DNA from: an uncultured bacterium
GTDB taxonomy: Bacteria; Hydrogenedentota; Hydrogenedentia; Hydrogenedentales; CAILVY01
Reading direction: 5' to 3'
Assembly (NCBI GenBank): GCA_937951485.1
Contig: CALEDJ010000045.1
Span: 139,100-203,099 of the forward strand
DNA: 64,000 nt
Positions 55,354 to 64,000 of this stretch are shown piece by piece (the stretch's first letter is position 1; every line of letters starts with the position of its first letter). The notes under the pieces were generated by a model. That model was not told where the DNA came from, did not search any database, and saw nothing but the letters and a program-made list of their open reading frames with translations. A program made the translations under genes and the position numbers.

Positions 55354-56667
55354 ATGGCGAAACTTGCAATTTGTGGCGGTAAATCGCTCTGCGGCAGGAA
55401 CAAGAAATGGGCGACGTGGCCCATCAGCGACGAAAAGGACGCGGAACTGGTCGCAAAAATCACGCGGTCGAACCGGTGGTCTTTCGACGGGCCGGTCGAG
55501 TGGCGCTTTGCGGAGGCCTTCACGAAATATCAGACGGCGAAGTACGGGCTGTGCTGCGCCAACGGCACCGTCGGCATCCAGATCGCGCTGGAGGCTCTGG
55601 GCATCGGCGCGTATGACGAGGTGATTGTGCCGGGCATGACCTGGCAGGCGACCGCCGCAGCCTGTATTGACGTGAATGCCGTGCCCGTGCTCGTGGATGT
55701 GGAACCGGATACCTGGAATCTGGACCTCGACGCCGTGGAGGCCGCCATCACGAAGCGCACGAAAGCGATTATCGTTGTGCATCTCTACGGCTGCATGACC
55801 GACCTGGACCGCCTGCAGCGCATCTGCCGGAAGCACAATCTGTATCTGATTGAGGATTGCGCGCATCAGCACGGTTCCTTCTGGAGGGGCAGGGGCGTCG
55901 GATCCTTCGGCGATGTCAGTTCGTGGAGTTTCCAGGAATCCAAGGTGCTCTCCAGCGGCGAGGGCGGCTTCAACATGTGCAAAACGAAGGAACTTTTCTA
56001 CAAGATTTACAGCCTGCGCAACTGCGGCCGTTCCTATCCCGCCGACCCGCCGGTCTTCGGCCTGAACAAGGCGGTGGGCATGGAGACCACGCTGCAATCC
56101 GGCAACTACCGCCTGACGGAATGGCAGGCGGCCCTGCTGCTCGGCGGTCTGGGCCGACTCGACAAGCAGGTGAAACTGCGCGACGCCAACGCGCAATACC
56201 TTAATGCGCAATTGGCGGAGATTCCCGGCATTCTGCCGATGCGCCGACGCAAGGAGGTGACCCAACAGAGTTACTTTAATTTCACCTTCCGCCTGGACCC
56301 GAAAGAACTGGGTATCATCAACACGCAGTTCTGCGCCGCGCTCAACGCCGAACTGAATACCGGCGATGCGTGGGAAATCCCCTATGACCCGCTCAACAAC
56401 TGCGGCTTGTACAAGCCGCTGACAAAAGCGCGCCACAGGTTGAACGGCGAGTACTGGAAGGCAATCAATCCCCGGCGCTTCAAGTTGCCGGTCTGCGAAG
56501 ACGCCAACGAGCGGTCGGGCGTTGCGGTGCACCATGTCGCGCTGATGAACACCAAAGAAGACATGGACCTGATTGCGGCCGCGGTGAAGAAAATCGTGGA
56601 CAACATCCAGGAAGTGCGCAGCCTGAACATCGGACCGCAGAAGAAATACCAGGCGCTTTCGCGCTGA
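55354..56667 (+). CDS. DegT/DnrJ/EryC1/StrS PLP aminotransferase (2-deoxy-scyllo-inosose aminotransferase-like)
   Basis: ANGT, DEVIVPGMTW, IEDCAHQHG, SFQESKVLSSGEGG, NYRLTEWQAA; AAGGAG RBS. Confidence 0.92.
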   Translation: MAKLAICGGKSLCGRNKKWATWPISDEKDAELVAKITRSNRWSFDGPVEWRFAEAFTKYQTAKYGLCCANGTVGIQIALEALGIGAYDEVIVPGMTWQATAAACIDVNAVPVLVDVEPDTWNLDLDAVEAAITKRTKAIIVVHLYGCMTDLDRLQRICRKHNLYLIEDCAHQHGSFWRGRGVGSFGDVSSWSFQESKVLSSGEGGFNMCKTKELFYKIYSLRNCGRSYPADPPVFGLNKAVGMETTLQSGNYRLTEWQAALLLGGLGRLDKQVKLRDANAQYLNAQLAEIPGILPMRRRKEVTQQSYFNFTFRLDPKELGIINTQFCAALNAELNTGDAWEIPYDPLNNCGLYKPLTKARHRLNGEYWKAINPRRFKLPVCEDANERSGVAVHHVALMNTKEDMDLIAAAVKKIVDNIQEVRSLNIGPQKKYQALSR

Positions 56668-56769
56668 ATACCGCCATCTTCGCGGCCGTCGGCCGCGTGT
56701 GCTATGCTGTGCATCGGGGACGGAATGCCGCCCCCGATGCTGTCTTTTCAGGCAGGAGGGAGGCGCGCC

Positions 56770-57978
56770 ATGATCGAGGCGGATACCCGCAAAAAGATTC
56801 TCGCACGGGGTCAAACGGAAGTGCCATGGCAGGGCGAGCCGCTGCTCGGCAGCATTTACGGGGAGGAGGAAATCGAGGCGGCCGTGGCGGCTATCCGCGA
56901 TTCCATGCCCGTGCACAAGGGTTTCGGCTTCACCTGTCAGCAAATCCTGGATTTCGAGGCGGCATTCGCCCGGTATGTGGGCGTGAAGCACGCCATTGCC
57001 GTCAACAGCGCGGGGCCGGGCCTCGATATGGCCATGCGTTATCTCCAACTCAAACCCGGAGACGAGGTCATTGTGCCCGCCATCAATTTCATGGCTGCGC
57101 CGCTGGCCGTGATGGGCGCGGGCGGGCAGGTGGTATGGGCCGAAGTGAATCCCGACACCCTGCAACTAGACCCGGAAGACGTGGAGCGCCGCATCACCCC
57201 GCGTACCCGCGCCATCTTCCCCGTGCATATGAACGGCCTCAGCGCCCCGATGGACCCGCTTCTGGAAGTCGCTGCGCGGCATCCCCATTCCGAACACGGT
57301 CCGATCCCTGTTATCGGCGATGCCGCCCGCGCCTGCGGCGGCGGCTATCGCGGCGAAAAGATCGGCAAGAAGGGGCTGTGCACCGTCTTCTCCTTCCATA
57401 CCATGAAGAACATGGTTACCCTCGGCGAAGGCGGCATGGTTACCACCGACGACGACGCCCTCGCCGCCTATTGCCGTTCCACCCGATTCTATGGCATCGC
57501 CACGGAGGATTGGGGCACTTCCAACGTCATGACCAAGGTGCAAGCCGCCGTCGGGCTGGTTCAACTGGCCAAACTGGACGGATTCATCGCGGCGCGCCGC
57601 CGCGTGGCGAAGCAGCGCGATGAAATGTTGGCCGGACTGGATGGCGTGGCGCTGCCCTGCGAGCCACCGGACTGTTACCATTCTTACTATCTGTACACCT
57701 GTCTGGTCTGCGATGCGTGGGCGGGTGACAAGCGGGACGCCATCATGCGGCGCATGGAAGAGGAATTCCATGTGAAATGCCTCGTCGCCAATCCCCCCGC
57801 CTACGAAAGCCGCCGGCTTCTCCGCGAGCACACGGCAGGCCGGCGCCTGCCGCGTTCAGAAAATATCGGACAGCGCATCATTTGCCTGCCCATCCATCCC
57901 GCCATGTCCGACGCCGACAACGAATACATCTGCGCCGCGTTTATCGCGTGCGTGGAGTCTTTCCGCGCCCATCGCTGA
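56770..57978 (+). CDS. DegT/DnrJ/EryC1/StrS PLP aminotransferase
   Basis: GDEVIVPAINF, GDAARACG, FSFHTMKNMVTLGEGG, LPIHP; GGAGG RBS. Confidence 0.9.
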   Translation: MIEADTRKKILARGQTEVPWQGEPLLGSIYGEEEIEAAVAAIRDSMPVHKGFGFTCQQILDFEAAFARYVGVKHAIAVNSAGPGLDMAMRYLQLKPGDEVIVPAINFMAAPLAVMGAGGQVVWAEVNPDTLQLDPEDVERRITPRTRAIFPVHMNGLSAPMDPLLEVAARHPHSEHGPIPVIGDAARACGGGYRGEKIGKKGLCTVFSFHTMKNMVTLGEGGMVTTDDDALAAYCRSTRFYGIATEDWGTSNVMTKVQAAVGLVQLAKLDGFIAARRRVAKQRDEMLAGLDGVALPCEPPDCYHSYYLYTCLVCDAWAGDKRDAIMRRMEEEFHVKCLVANPPAYESRRLLREHTAGRRLPRSENIGQRIICLPIHPAMSDADNEYICAAFIACVESFRAHR

Positions 57979-58007
57979 CGCTGCATCTTGCCGCCGGGGT
58001 CAAGGGT

Positions 58008-58043
58008 AAAAAAAGAGCGGCGGCGAGGTGCGCCCCGCCGCCG
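58008..58043 (-). terminator. Intrinsic terminator of the pilin gene
   Basis: CGGCGGCG/CGCCGCCG stem followed by a T7 run on the minus strand. Confidence 0.75.
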
Positions 58044-58066
58044 ATCCCTTGCCTCCGCAGAGTGGA

Positions 58067-58516
58067 TTATGAACCCGCCTGGCCAATCGGTGTGCTGTTC
58101 TCATCCGCGGCGGCACCCACGGCATAGCGAATCACGCCGCTGGCATCCAGGAAATACCCCTTGCTGCCGGTCTGGTTCATTGCCTCCGGGTCCGCGTTGA
58201 CCTGGAAATTCGAACCGTCTCCCGTCATGGTGAATACATATCCGGACTTCACCTGCCCTTCCCATTCGCCATCCAGGAAAGGCGGCGCGTCACCCACGGG
58301 GGTCGTCAACTCATCGAAAGTGGTGGCATATCGGTAATTCGCGGAATGGAAGGCGACCTGTGCGCCGTTAATCGTCCGCAGATTACCGATTGCCGCCGAT
58401 TCATTCGATTGCATGCGCGAACGCAGCAGGTTCGGTATCGCGATTGCCGCGATAATGGCGATGATCGCCACCACAATCATCAGTTCGATCAAGGTGAAAC
58501 CAGCGTTCTTCTTCAT
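58067..58516 (-). CDS. Type IV pilin (prepilin N-terminal methylation domain), probable major pilin
   Basis: MKKNAG|FTLIELMIVVAIIAIIAAIAIP; GGAGG RBS; own sigma54 promoter and terminator. Confidence 0.92.
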   Translation of the reverse strand: MKKNAGFTLIELMIVVAIIAIIAAIAIPNLLRSRMQSNESAAIGNLRTINGAQVAFHSANYRYATTFDELTTPVGDAPPFLDGEWEGQVKSGYVFTMTGDGSNFQVNADPEAMNQTGSKGYFLDASGVIRYAVGAAADENSTPIGQAGS

Positions 58517-58606
58517 AGTCAATCCTCCTGTCGTCGTTCCCTTGTTTTCAGCGCACCGGCGCATGCCGGCCACGCCACACTTCGCTTCAACTTTCATCTC
58601 GCATAG

Positions 58607-58622
58607 TGCAACCTGCGTGCCA
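58607..58622 (-). promoter_or_regulatory. Sigma54 promoter of the pilin gene
   Basis: Minus strand TGGCACGCAGGTTGCA (TGGCAC-N5-TTGCA). Confidence 0.85.
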
Positions 58623-58739
58623 AGGCAGTTGCTTTCGAAAATCTCCAGAAATTCAATTAAATGTCCCTGTATTTGGCCTGTGTAGACCCTGGTCCGCCCC
58701 TTATCCTGCCCATTTTTGTCCATCATCGCTGTCCATAAA

Positions 58740-58754
58740 TGACATTTTTTGTCA
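58740..58754. promoter_or_regulatory. Candidate activator (PilR-like) binding palindrome
   Basis: TGACA-TTTTT-TGTCA about 120 bp upstream of the sigma54 site. Confidence 0.55.
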
Positions 58755-59172
58755 CAGCGACCTGTGTTTTTTCCCCGAATTGGGCCGTGGTGCGGGATGC
58801 CGAGAGGCCATTAATCTGAGGCATTTGAGAAATGATCCCGGCTTATCTCACGATAGATACGACTGTTGCCGGCGACATCGGCTTTCCGATCGTGAATTCC
58901 CCATGCCTGCTGTATTATTCGCCGGGCGAGGGATTATCGTGCTATGATCATGATGCCGGCAGGGTGGCGGGCGTTGCGTTTTTCGCCATATTTCAGCCAA
59001 GGGGGTCGGTATTCATTGCGGGAGAATCGGGCGATTGATGTATATGAAAACAAAGGGAACAGCGGAAAGGGTGAGACGGAGGGGAATGGCGGAATGCGCA
59101 GACTTCTGCCGTTCACCAATATATCGCACGTTTCGGCTGTTTCCGGAATACTCAAGGTAGCGGGCGGCGTAT

Positions 59173-61053
59173 ATGGCGGCACGGGATTTTGAGGTCATCA
59201 TCGTCGGGGCGGGTCATGCGGGCATCGAGGCCGCGCTGGCGTGTGCGCGCATGGGCCGGCGCGTGCTGATGTTCGCCATGCAGTTGGATACCATCGGCAA
59301 GATGTCGTGCAATCCCGCCATCGGAGGCGTGGCGAAGGGCCAGTTGGTGCGGGAAATTGACGCGCTGGGCGGCGAGATGGGCCGCTGCATTGACCGCACG
59401 GGCATCCAGTTCCGCATGCTGAACCGGTCCAAAGGCCCGGCGGTGCATTCCCCGCGGGCGCAGGCGGACCGGGTCGCGTACCAGCACGACATGAAGCGGG
59501 TCTGTGAAAATGAACCGAACCTGACGCTGAAGCAGGCGGAGGTGACGGATATTCTTGTGCATCAGGGGGCAGTGTGCGGCGTGCGGACCGCGCTGGGCGC
59601 GGAGTTCACGGCGCGCGCGGTGATCGTATGTACCGGCACCTTCCTGCGCGGGTTGCTGCATTTCGGCATGACCAGCGTGGAGGGCGGCCGCAGCGGCGAT
59701 CCGCCCGCGCGGGGGTTGACGGACGCCTTCCGGCGGCTGGGTTTCGAGGTGGGCCGCCTCAAGACCGGCACCTGTGCGCGGGTGCATCGGCGCAGCATCA
59801 ACACGGATGTATTGCAGGAACAGCCGGGCGACCCCGACCCGCGCCCCTTCTCGTTCAGTACGCCCATCGAGGGTTTCAATCCAAACCGGATTGTGTGCTG
59901 GATTACGTACACCAATGAGCGGACGCACGAGGTGATCCGGCGCAGCCTGGACCGGTCGCCGCTCTACAGCGGTCGCATCGAGGGGATCGGTACGCGGTAT
60001 TGTCCGAGCATCGAGGACAAGGTGGTGAAGTTCCCGGAGAAGAACCGGCACCACATTTTCCTGGAGCCGGAGGGCTTGAATACGCAGGAGGTGTATGTGA
60101 ACGGCATGTCCACCAGCCTGCCGGAAGATGTGCAATGGGCGATGCTGCGCACATTGCCGGGGCTTGAGGAGGTGGAAATCCTCCGGCCCGGCTACGCGGT
60201 GGAATATGACTTTGTGCCGCCGACGCAACTGAAGCCGTCGCTGGAAACCAAACGGGTGCGGGGATTGTTTCATGCGGGGCAGATCAACGGCACCTCGGGG
60301 TATGAAGAAGCGGCAGGCCAGGGGATTTATGCGGCGCTGAACGCCATGCGTTATCTCGACGGCGCGCCGCCGGTCTATATCGGGCGCAACGAGGCCTATC
60401 TCGGTGTCATGGTGGACGACATCGTTACGCGCGGTGTGATGGAGCCGTACCGGCTGTTCACCTCGCGCGCGGAATACCGCATCCATCTGCGGCACGACAA
60501 CGCCGACGCGCGGATCGCGAAGTACGGTTTTGGGAACGACGCGCTTCTGGAACGGGTGCGTCAACGCGAAGAAGCCGTGGCGCTGGAGATTGCGCGGCTG
60601 GAGGAAACGCTGATCCCGCCGTCGGAGGCGCTGAATGCGTTGCTGCGGACCCGCGGCCATGCGCCGGTGAACACCCCGGTGGCCGCGAACCAGTTGCTGC
60701 GACGGCCCGCGATCGGGCTGGAAGATGTCTGGCGCTTCGCGCCGCCGCCCCGGCATTTTGATTTGGAAACCTGCGAGCAGGTGGAAATCCGGGTGAAATA
60801 CCAGGGTTATCTTGACCGGCAGGAAAAGACCATCGAGAAATTCCGCCGCGCGGAGCGCGTGCCGATACCGGAAGACCTGGATTACGACGCCATTCCCGGG
60901 CTTCCGCGGGAGAGCCGGCAACGCCTCAAGGAAGTCCGCCCCGTCAATTTCGGGCAGGCGGCCAGAGTGCCCGGGGTGCGTTCCGCGGACATCGCGGTGC
61001 TGCATGTGTTTGTGGAAAAGCGGCGGCGAACGGCGCAGCGGGATTCCGCATGA
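59173..61053 (+). CDS. mnmG: tRNA uridine-5-carboxymethylaminomethyl(34) synthesis enzyme MnmG (GidA)
   Basis: [53 protein letters not shown]. Confidence 0.97.
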   Translation: MAARDFEVIIVGAGHAGIEAALACARMGRRVLMFAMQLDTIGKMSCNPAIGGVAKGQLVREIDALGGEMGRCIDRTGIQFRMLNRSKGPAVHSPRAQADRVAYQHDMKRVCENEPNLTLKQAEVTDILVHQGAVCGVRTALGAEFTARAVIVCTGTFLRGLLHFGMTSVEGGRSGDPPARGLTDAFRRLGFEVGRLKTGTCARVHRRSINTDVLQEQPGDPDPRPFSFSTPIEGFNPNRIVCWITYTNERTHEVIRRSLDRSPLYSGRIEGIGTRYCPSIEDKVVKFPEKNRHHIFLEPEGLNTQEVYVNGMSTSLPEDVQWAMLRTLPGLEEVEILRPGYAVEYDFVPPTQLKPSLETKRVRGLFHAGQINGTSGYEEAAGQGIYAALNAMRYLDGAPPVYIGRNEAYLGVMVDDIVTRGVMEPYRLFTSRAEYRIHLRHDNADARIAKYGFGNDALLERVRQREEAVALEIARLEETLIPPSEALNALLRTRGHAPVNTPVAANQLLRRPAIGLEDVWRFAPPPRHFDLETCEQVEIRVKYQGYLDRQEKTIEKFRRAERVPIPEDLDYDAIPGLPRESRQRLKEVRPVNFGQAARVPGVRSADIAVLHVFVEKRRRTAQRDSA

Positions 61054-61151
61054 TGGGGATATCGGCACAGGCAACACGGACCGACACGGACTGACACCGG
61101 CAAACGCAGAGATTGAAAAGGCTTCGTTGAGCAAATAACCTTGGGAAGCAT

Positions 61152-63020
61152 ATGGGCGGCATGGTTTGGAAATTTTTCCTTACGGGAATGCTGGTCTGCT
61201 GGGTGGTGTGCGCAGCGGCGTCCGCGCAACCGGCCGACGGCTGGGTGACGGCGGCGGCCTATTCCGAGATGCACATCGTTGTGCCCGACGATGCGTCGGC
61301 AATTGTCCGGGAAGCGGGGGAATTGTTTCAGCGTTATTGGCAGGTATGCACGGGCCGCGAACTGAAGATAAGCGCTTTCAATGAAGGGCGAATCAATGTG
61401 TGGATTGGTCCCGATTTGATCGCGGGGGATTTGCTGGACGCCCCGGCGCTGGAGGGTCTGGGCGCGGAAGGCTGCCTGATTCAAACTTTCAGGCCCAGCC
61501 GCCGCCATGCCCGGTTGGGCGCGGCGAAACAACTGATTATCGCCGGCCAAACGGATGTGGGGACACGCAACGGGGTCTTCGAGTTTTTCAAGCGCTTTGC
61601 CGGCGTGCAGTGGCTGTGCGAAGGCGCGACGGCGCCCGAGCGATTGCGGTTCACGTTTCCGGAGATTGATTTCCGCCATGCGCCCCATTTCACATACCGG
61701 GAAGCAGGGCGCTATGGACCGCATGTGCTGCTGGATTCGGAATATCGGCGCGCGCATCACTTCCCGGATCATTACGCCCCCGGTCCTTTTGGCGTGGAGA
61801 CCCTGCACGACCTCCTGCCTCCGGAAATCCATTTTCAGCAGCACCCCGAATACTACGCGCTGATTGGCGGCACACGCGTGGCAAAGGACTCCGACGGTCG
61901 CCCTGCGCAATTGTGTTTCGGCAACCCGGATGTTGCCGATGCCATGATCAAGGTCATCGCCGAAATGGCCCGCGTGGACGAGAAGATGGCCGACCCCGGT
62001 CTTGTCGCCCGGCGCGACCGCGTCGCGCGCGCCCCGGACCGCAAGACATGGAGTATCGCGCCCATGGCGGGGGGGAAGTGCGAATGCGCGGCCTGCCGCG
62101 CACTGGAGGATGCTGAGGGGTCCCCGGCGGGGGCGCTGATTGCTCTGGTGAACCGCGTGGCTGAGGGACTGGAGGATGCCTTTCCCAGTGCGGGTTATCG
62201 GGTGCATACGCTGGTGCGGGGCGTGTGGCGCAAGCCGCCCGCGTCCATCCGCCCGCGCGAAAACGTGACGGTGCAGGTCAGCACTGCGGACTGTGATTTC
62301 CGCCGTCCGTTTTCCGACCGCACTTCCGCCGTCAATGCGTCTTTTGTTGATGACCTGCGGGGCTGGGCGGCCATTGCGCGCGCCCTGTACGTGTGGGATT
62401 ACGGCGCGAATTGCAGCCATCCGTTCGAACCCCATCCGAATCTGCACACAATGCAGGAAAACATACAGTTATATGATCAATATCAGGTGACCGGCGTCTA
62501 TATGGAACTTGCGGACGCACCCGGCGCGGAGTGGGCCGAACTCAACGCGTTGCGTTCATTCCTCTGTGCAGCGCTGCTCTGGGACCCCGATCTGTTCGTG
62601 GACGAACTTGCCGAGCGCTTTTTGGCGGCCTATTACGGCCCCGCCGCACGGCAGGTGCGGGCCTACATGGCGCTTTGCGAAGAAAAGGCATCCACCGTGC
62701 AACGCCTTGATCCCTTGTCGCCTGCGATATGGTTCGAGGCGGAAGCCGCCGCGTGGGCGGATGGGCTGTTTCAGGAGGCGCTGGCCTTGCGGCTGTCTGA
62801 TGATCAGCGCCGGCGCGTGATCATCGCGAGGCTGCCCGCATTATGGGTATTGGCTGGACGGCCGGAAAGCGAAGTGGCGGCCAAGGCCATGTCGGAAGCG
62901 GCGGAAAGATCCGCCGCCGATATTCTCCTGAACATTGCACCAGCGGATGCCCTGTCACGCTATGCCGCCGCATTGGCCCTCTATGGCGGGCATGTGCGCG
63001 CCGCAACGCCTGCCTCATAG
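61152..63020 (+). CDS. Secreted DUF4838-like protein (glycoside-hydrolase-like)
   Basis: Signal peptide; P.FTYRE, HPEYYAL, QLCFGNP, CECAAC, LYVWDY, LLWDP, YYGPAA. Confidence 0.75.
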   Translation: MGGMVWKFFLTGMLVCWVVCAAASAQPADGWVTAAAYSEMHIVVPDDASAIVREAGELFQRYWQVCTGRELKISAFNEGRINVWIGPDLIAGDLLDAPALEGLGAEGCLIQTFRPSRRHARLGAAKQLIIAGQTDVGTRNGVFEFFKRFAGVQWLCEGATAPERLRFTFPEIDFRHAPHFTYREAGRYGPHVLLDSEYRRAHHFPDHYAPGPFGVETLHDLLPPEIHFQQHPEYYALIGGTRVAKDSDGRPAQLCFGNPDVADAMIKVIAEMARVDEKMADPGLVARRDRVARAPDRKTWSIAPMAGGKCECAACRALEDAEGSPAGALIALVNRVAEGLEDAFPSAGYRVHTLVRGVWRKPPASIRPRENVTVQVSTADCDFRRPFSDRTSAVNASFVDDLRGWAAIARALYVWDYGANCSHPFEPHPNLHTMQENIQLYDQYQVTGVYMELADAPGAEWAELNALRSFLCAALLWDPDLFVDELAERFLAAYYGPAARQVRAYMALCEEKASTVQRLDPLSPAIWFEAEAAAWADGLFQEALALRLSDDQRRRVIIARLPALWVLAGRPESEVAAKAMSEAAERSAADILLNIAPADALSRYAAALALYGGHVRAATPAS

Positions 63021-63253
63021 CAGGTCGTTCCCATTGGCGCTGAAGGCCTTTCTCCCGCCCCGCAAGTTTGTGGATCATGATAATCTCCGATTTAAGTGTT
63101 TTTTCAGAATGACAAAGTCGAGTAATGCGATGAATTGAATGAGGCATTTGCGAAATGACTGTTTTTGCGTTTAAGAACACGAAATCTCTTCGATTTTTGA
63201 TGGAACTGAGGTCCGAAACGCCCATTTCGCAAATGCCTCTGAATGAATAACTA

Positions 63254-63282
63254 TTGACTTTTTCGCCATTATCGGATATGCT
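63254..63282 (+). promoter_or_regulatory. Sigma70-type promoter
   Basis: TTGACT-N17-TATGCT. Confidence 0.65.
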
Positions 63283-63514
63283 TGATATGGTGAATGGCAC
63301 CAGCAAGGGGAGTAGTACCAACAACGGAGGGGTCATAGCCGATCGGCGTAAAGGGGCGTCGGTAATTCGTATCAGTCAGAACGGATGAGTGAAGGGGTGT
63401 TGCTTTTGAAGGAGGAGGGGGCGCATTTGCCCATCGCCGTGACGAAGCGGGAGTGTGGCATCCTCGGTAAGATGAAAGGCGGGCATGGAACAGGGGAATG
63501 AGACAGCGGTGAAA

Positions 63515-64000
63515 ATGGGGCTTACAGGGGACCGAGTACCGGGTGATGAGTTGGAGAAAACCCTTCACGTCGGCCTGACGGCTTTCCTGGACCTCAATCC
63601 GAAGAGCACCAATGCCCAGCGCTACCGGACGGTGGTGCGCGGATGGGAGCGGGCGAAATACCTGATGCTGGACCGCCCGAACATCGTGGGGGGGTTGGCG
63701 TTCCGGACCAGACACCCGGCGGCGGTGCGCTTCATGCGGGAAGGGGTGGTATGGGGGTTCTACGCGCTGATCAACCAGTATCTGTCGGAACGGTCTGACC
63801 GGCTGATCTGGGTGTCCTGGCCGGATGAGGTGTCGCGCGTGCGCCTGCGGCGTCATGACCGGATTCGGATTTCCGCGCCATGTGAGATTTATCTCGAAAA
63901 CGGGGGCCCGTTTCGGGGGGTGGTTCAGGATTTGAGCGGCGGCGGTTGCTGCCTGAGAACCAACGTGGCGATGATTGTGTCCACGCGCTGCGAGGTGAGT
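63515..64000 (+). CDS. PilZ-domain (flagellar brake YcgR-like) protein, 5' part; runs off the window and is absent from the ORF track
   Basis: Hand translation from ATG 63515 is open to the window end: MGLTGDR...WPDEVSRVRLRRHDR (RxxxR)...QDLSGGG (DxSxxG). Confidence 0.85.
   Translation, partial: MGLTGDRVPGDELEKTLHVGLTAFLDLNPKSTNAQRYRTVVRGWERAKYLMLDRPNIVGGLAFRTRHPAAVRFMREGVVWGFYALINQYLSERSDRLIWVSWPDEVSRVRLRRHDRIRISAPCEIYLENGGPFRGVVQDLSGGGCCLRTNVAMIVSTRCEVS

Noticed and set aside
58944-59192. 82-aa ORF overlapping the mnmG start
   Set aside because: It has no recognisable motif, lies in a promoter region and has atypical composition.
63305-63420. AAGGGGAGTAG resembling the 5' end of a yybP-ykoY riboswitch
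   Set aside because: The matching 3' GAGACC segment is absent, and the downstream gene is not Mn-related.

Overview
A GC-rich (roughly 60-65%) bacterial chromosomal segment. The gene content (Tat-exported sugar-isomerase-like protein, DUF4838 protein, URO-D family protein, 'MKKNAGFTLIELMIVV...NLLRSR' pilin, radical dehydratase, tungsten AOR) suggests an anaerobic or facultative lineage such as Candidatus Hydrogenedentes; this is inference only. Housekeeping genes: ppk1, fumC, argS, argC-argJ-argB, mnmG, queD/queF, clcA. Accessory loci: two MNT-HEPN toxin-antitoxin pairs (one with an internally deleted toxin); a sigma54-driven operon of DUF2892, thioredoxin, MMPL, LolA-like and beta-barrel genes, interrupted by a repeat-flanked TA cassette; a 2-hydroxyacyl-CoA dehydratase/BCR-type cluster; a heavy-metal RND efflux system; an ECF sigma/anti-sigma pair; an [FeFe]-hydrogenase-like sensor kinase; two DegT aminotransferases; a sigma54 pilin; and a PilZ protein cut off by the window end. 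Intergenic DNA holds at least six REP-like palindrome families (one nested inside another) and short-period tandem repeats. The best leads are a 54-aa peptide with a prepilin-like leader, a secreted protein made of ten 24-aa repeats, a shared 19-bp motif upstream of the pilin and PilZ genes, a two-domain QueD with complementary active-site losses, a probable GH9 pseudo-enzyme, and two candidate structured RNAs. No rRNA, tRNA, CRISPR array, transposase or integrase was recognised. All calls were made by eye, without database searches. Several starts were moved from the ORF track to a more plausible downstream codon.
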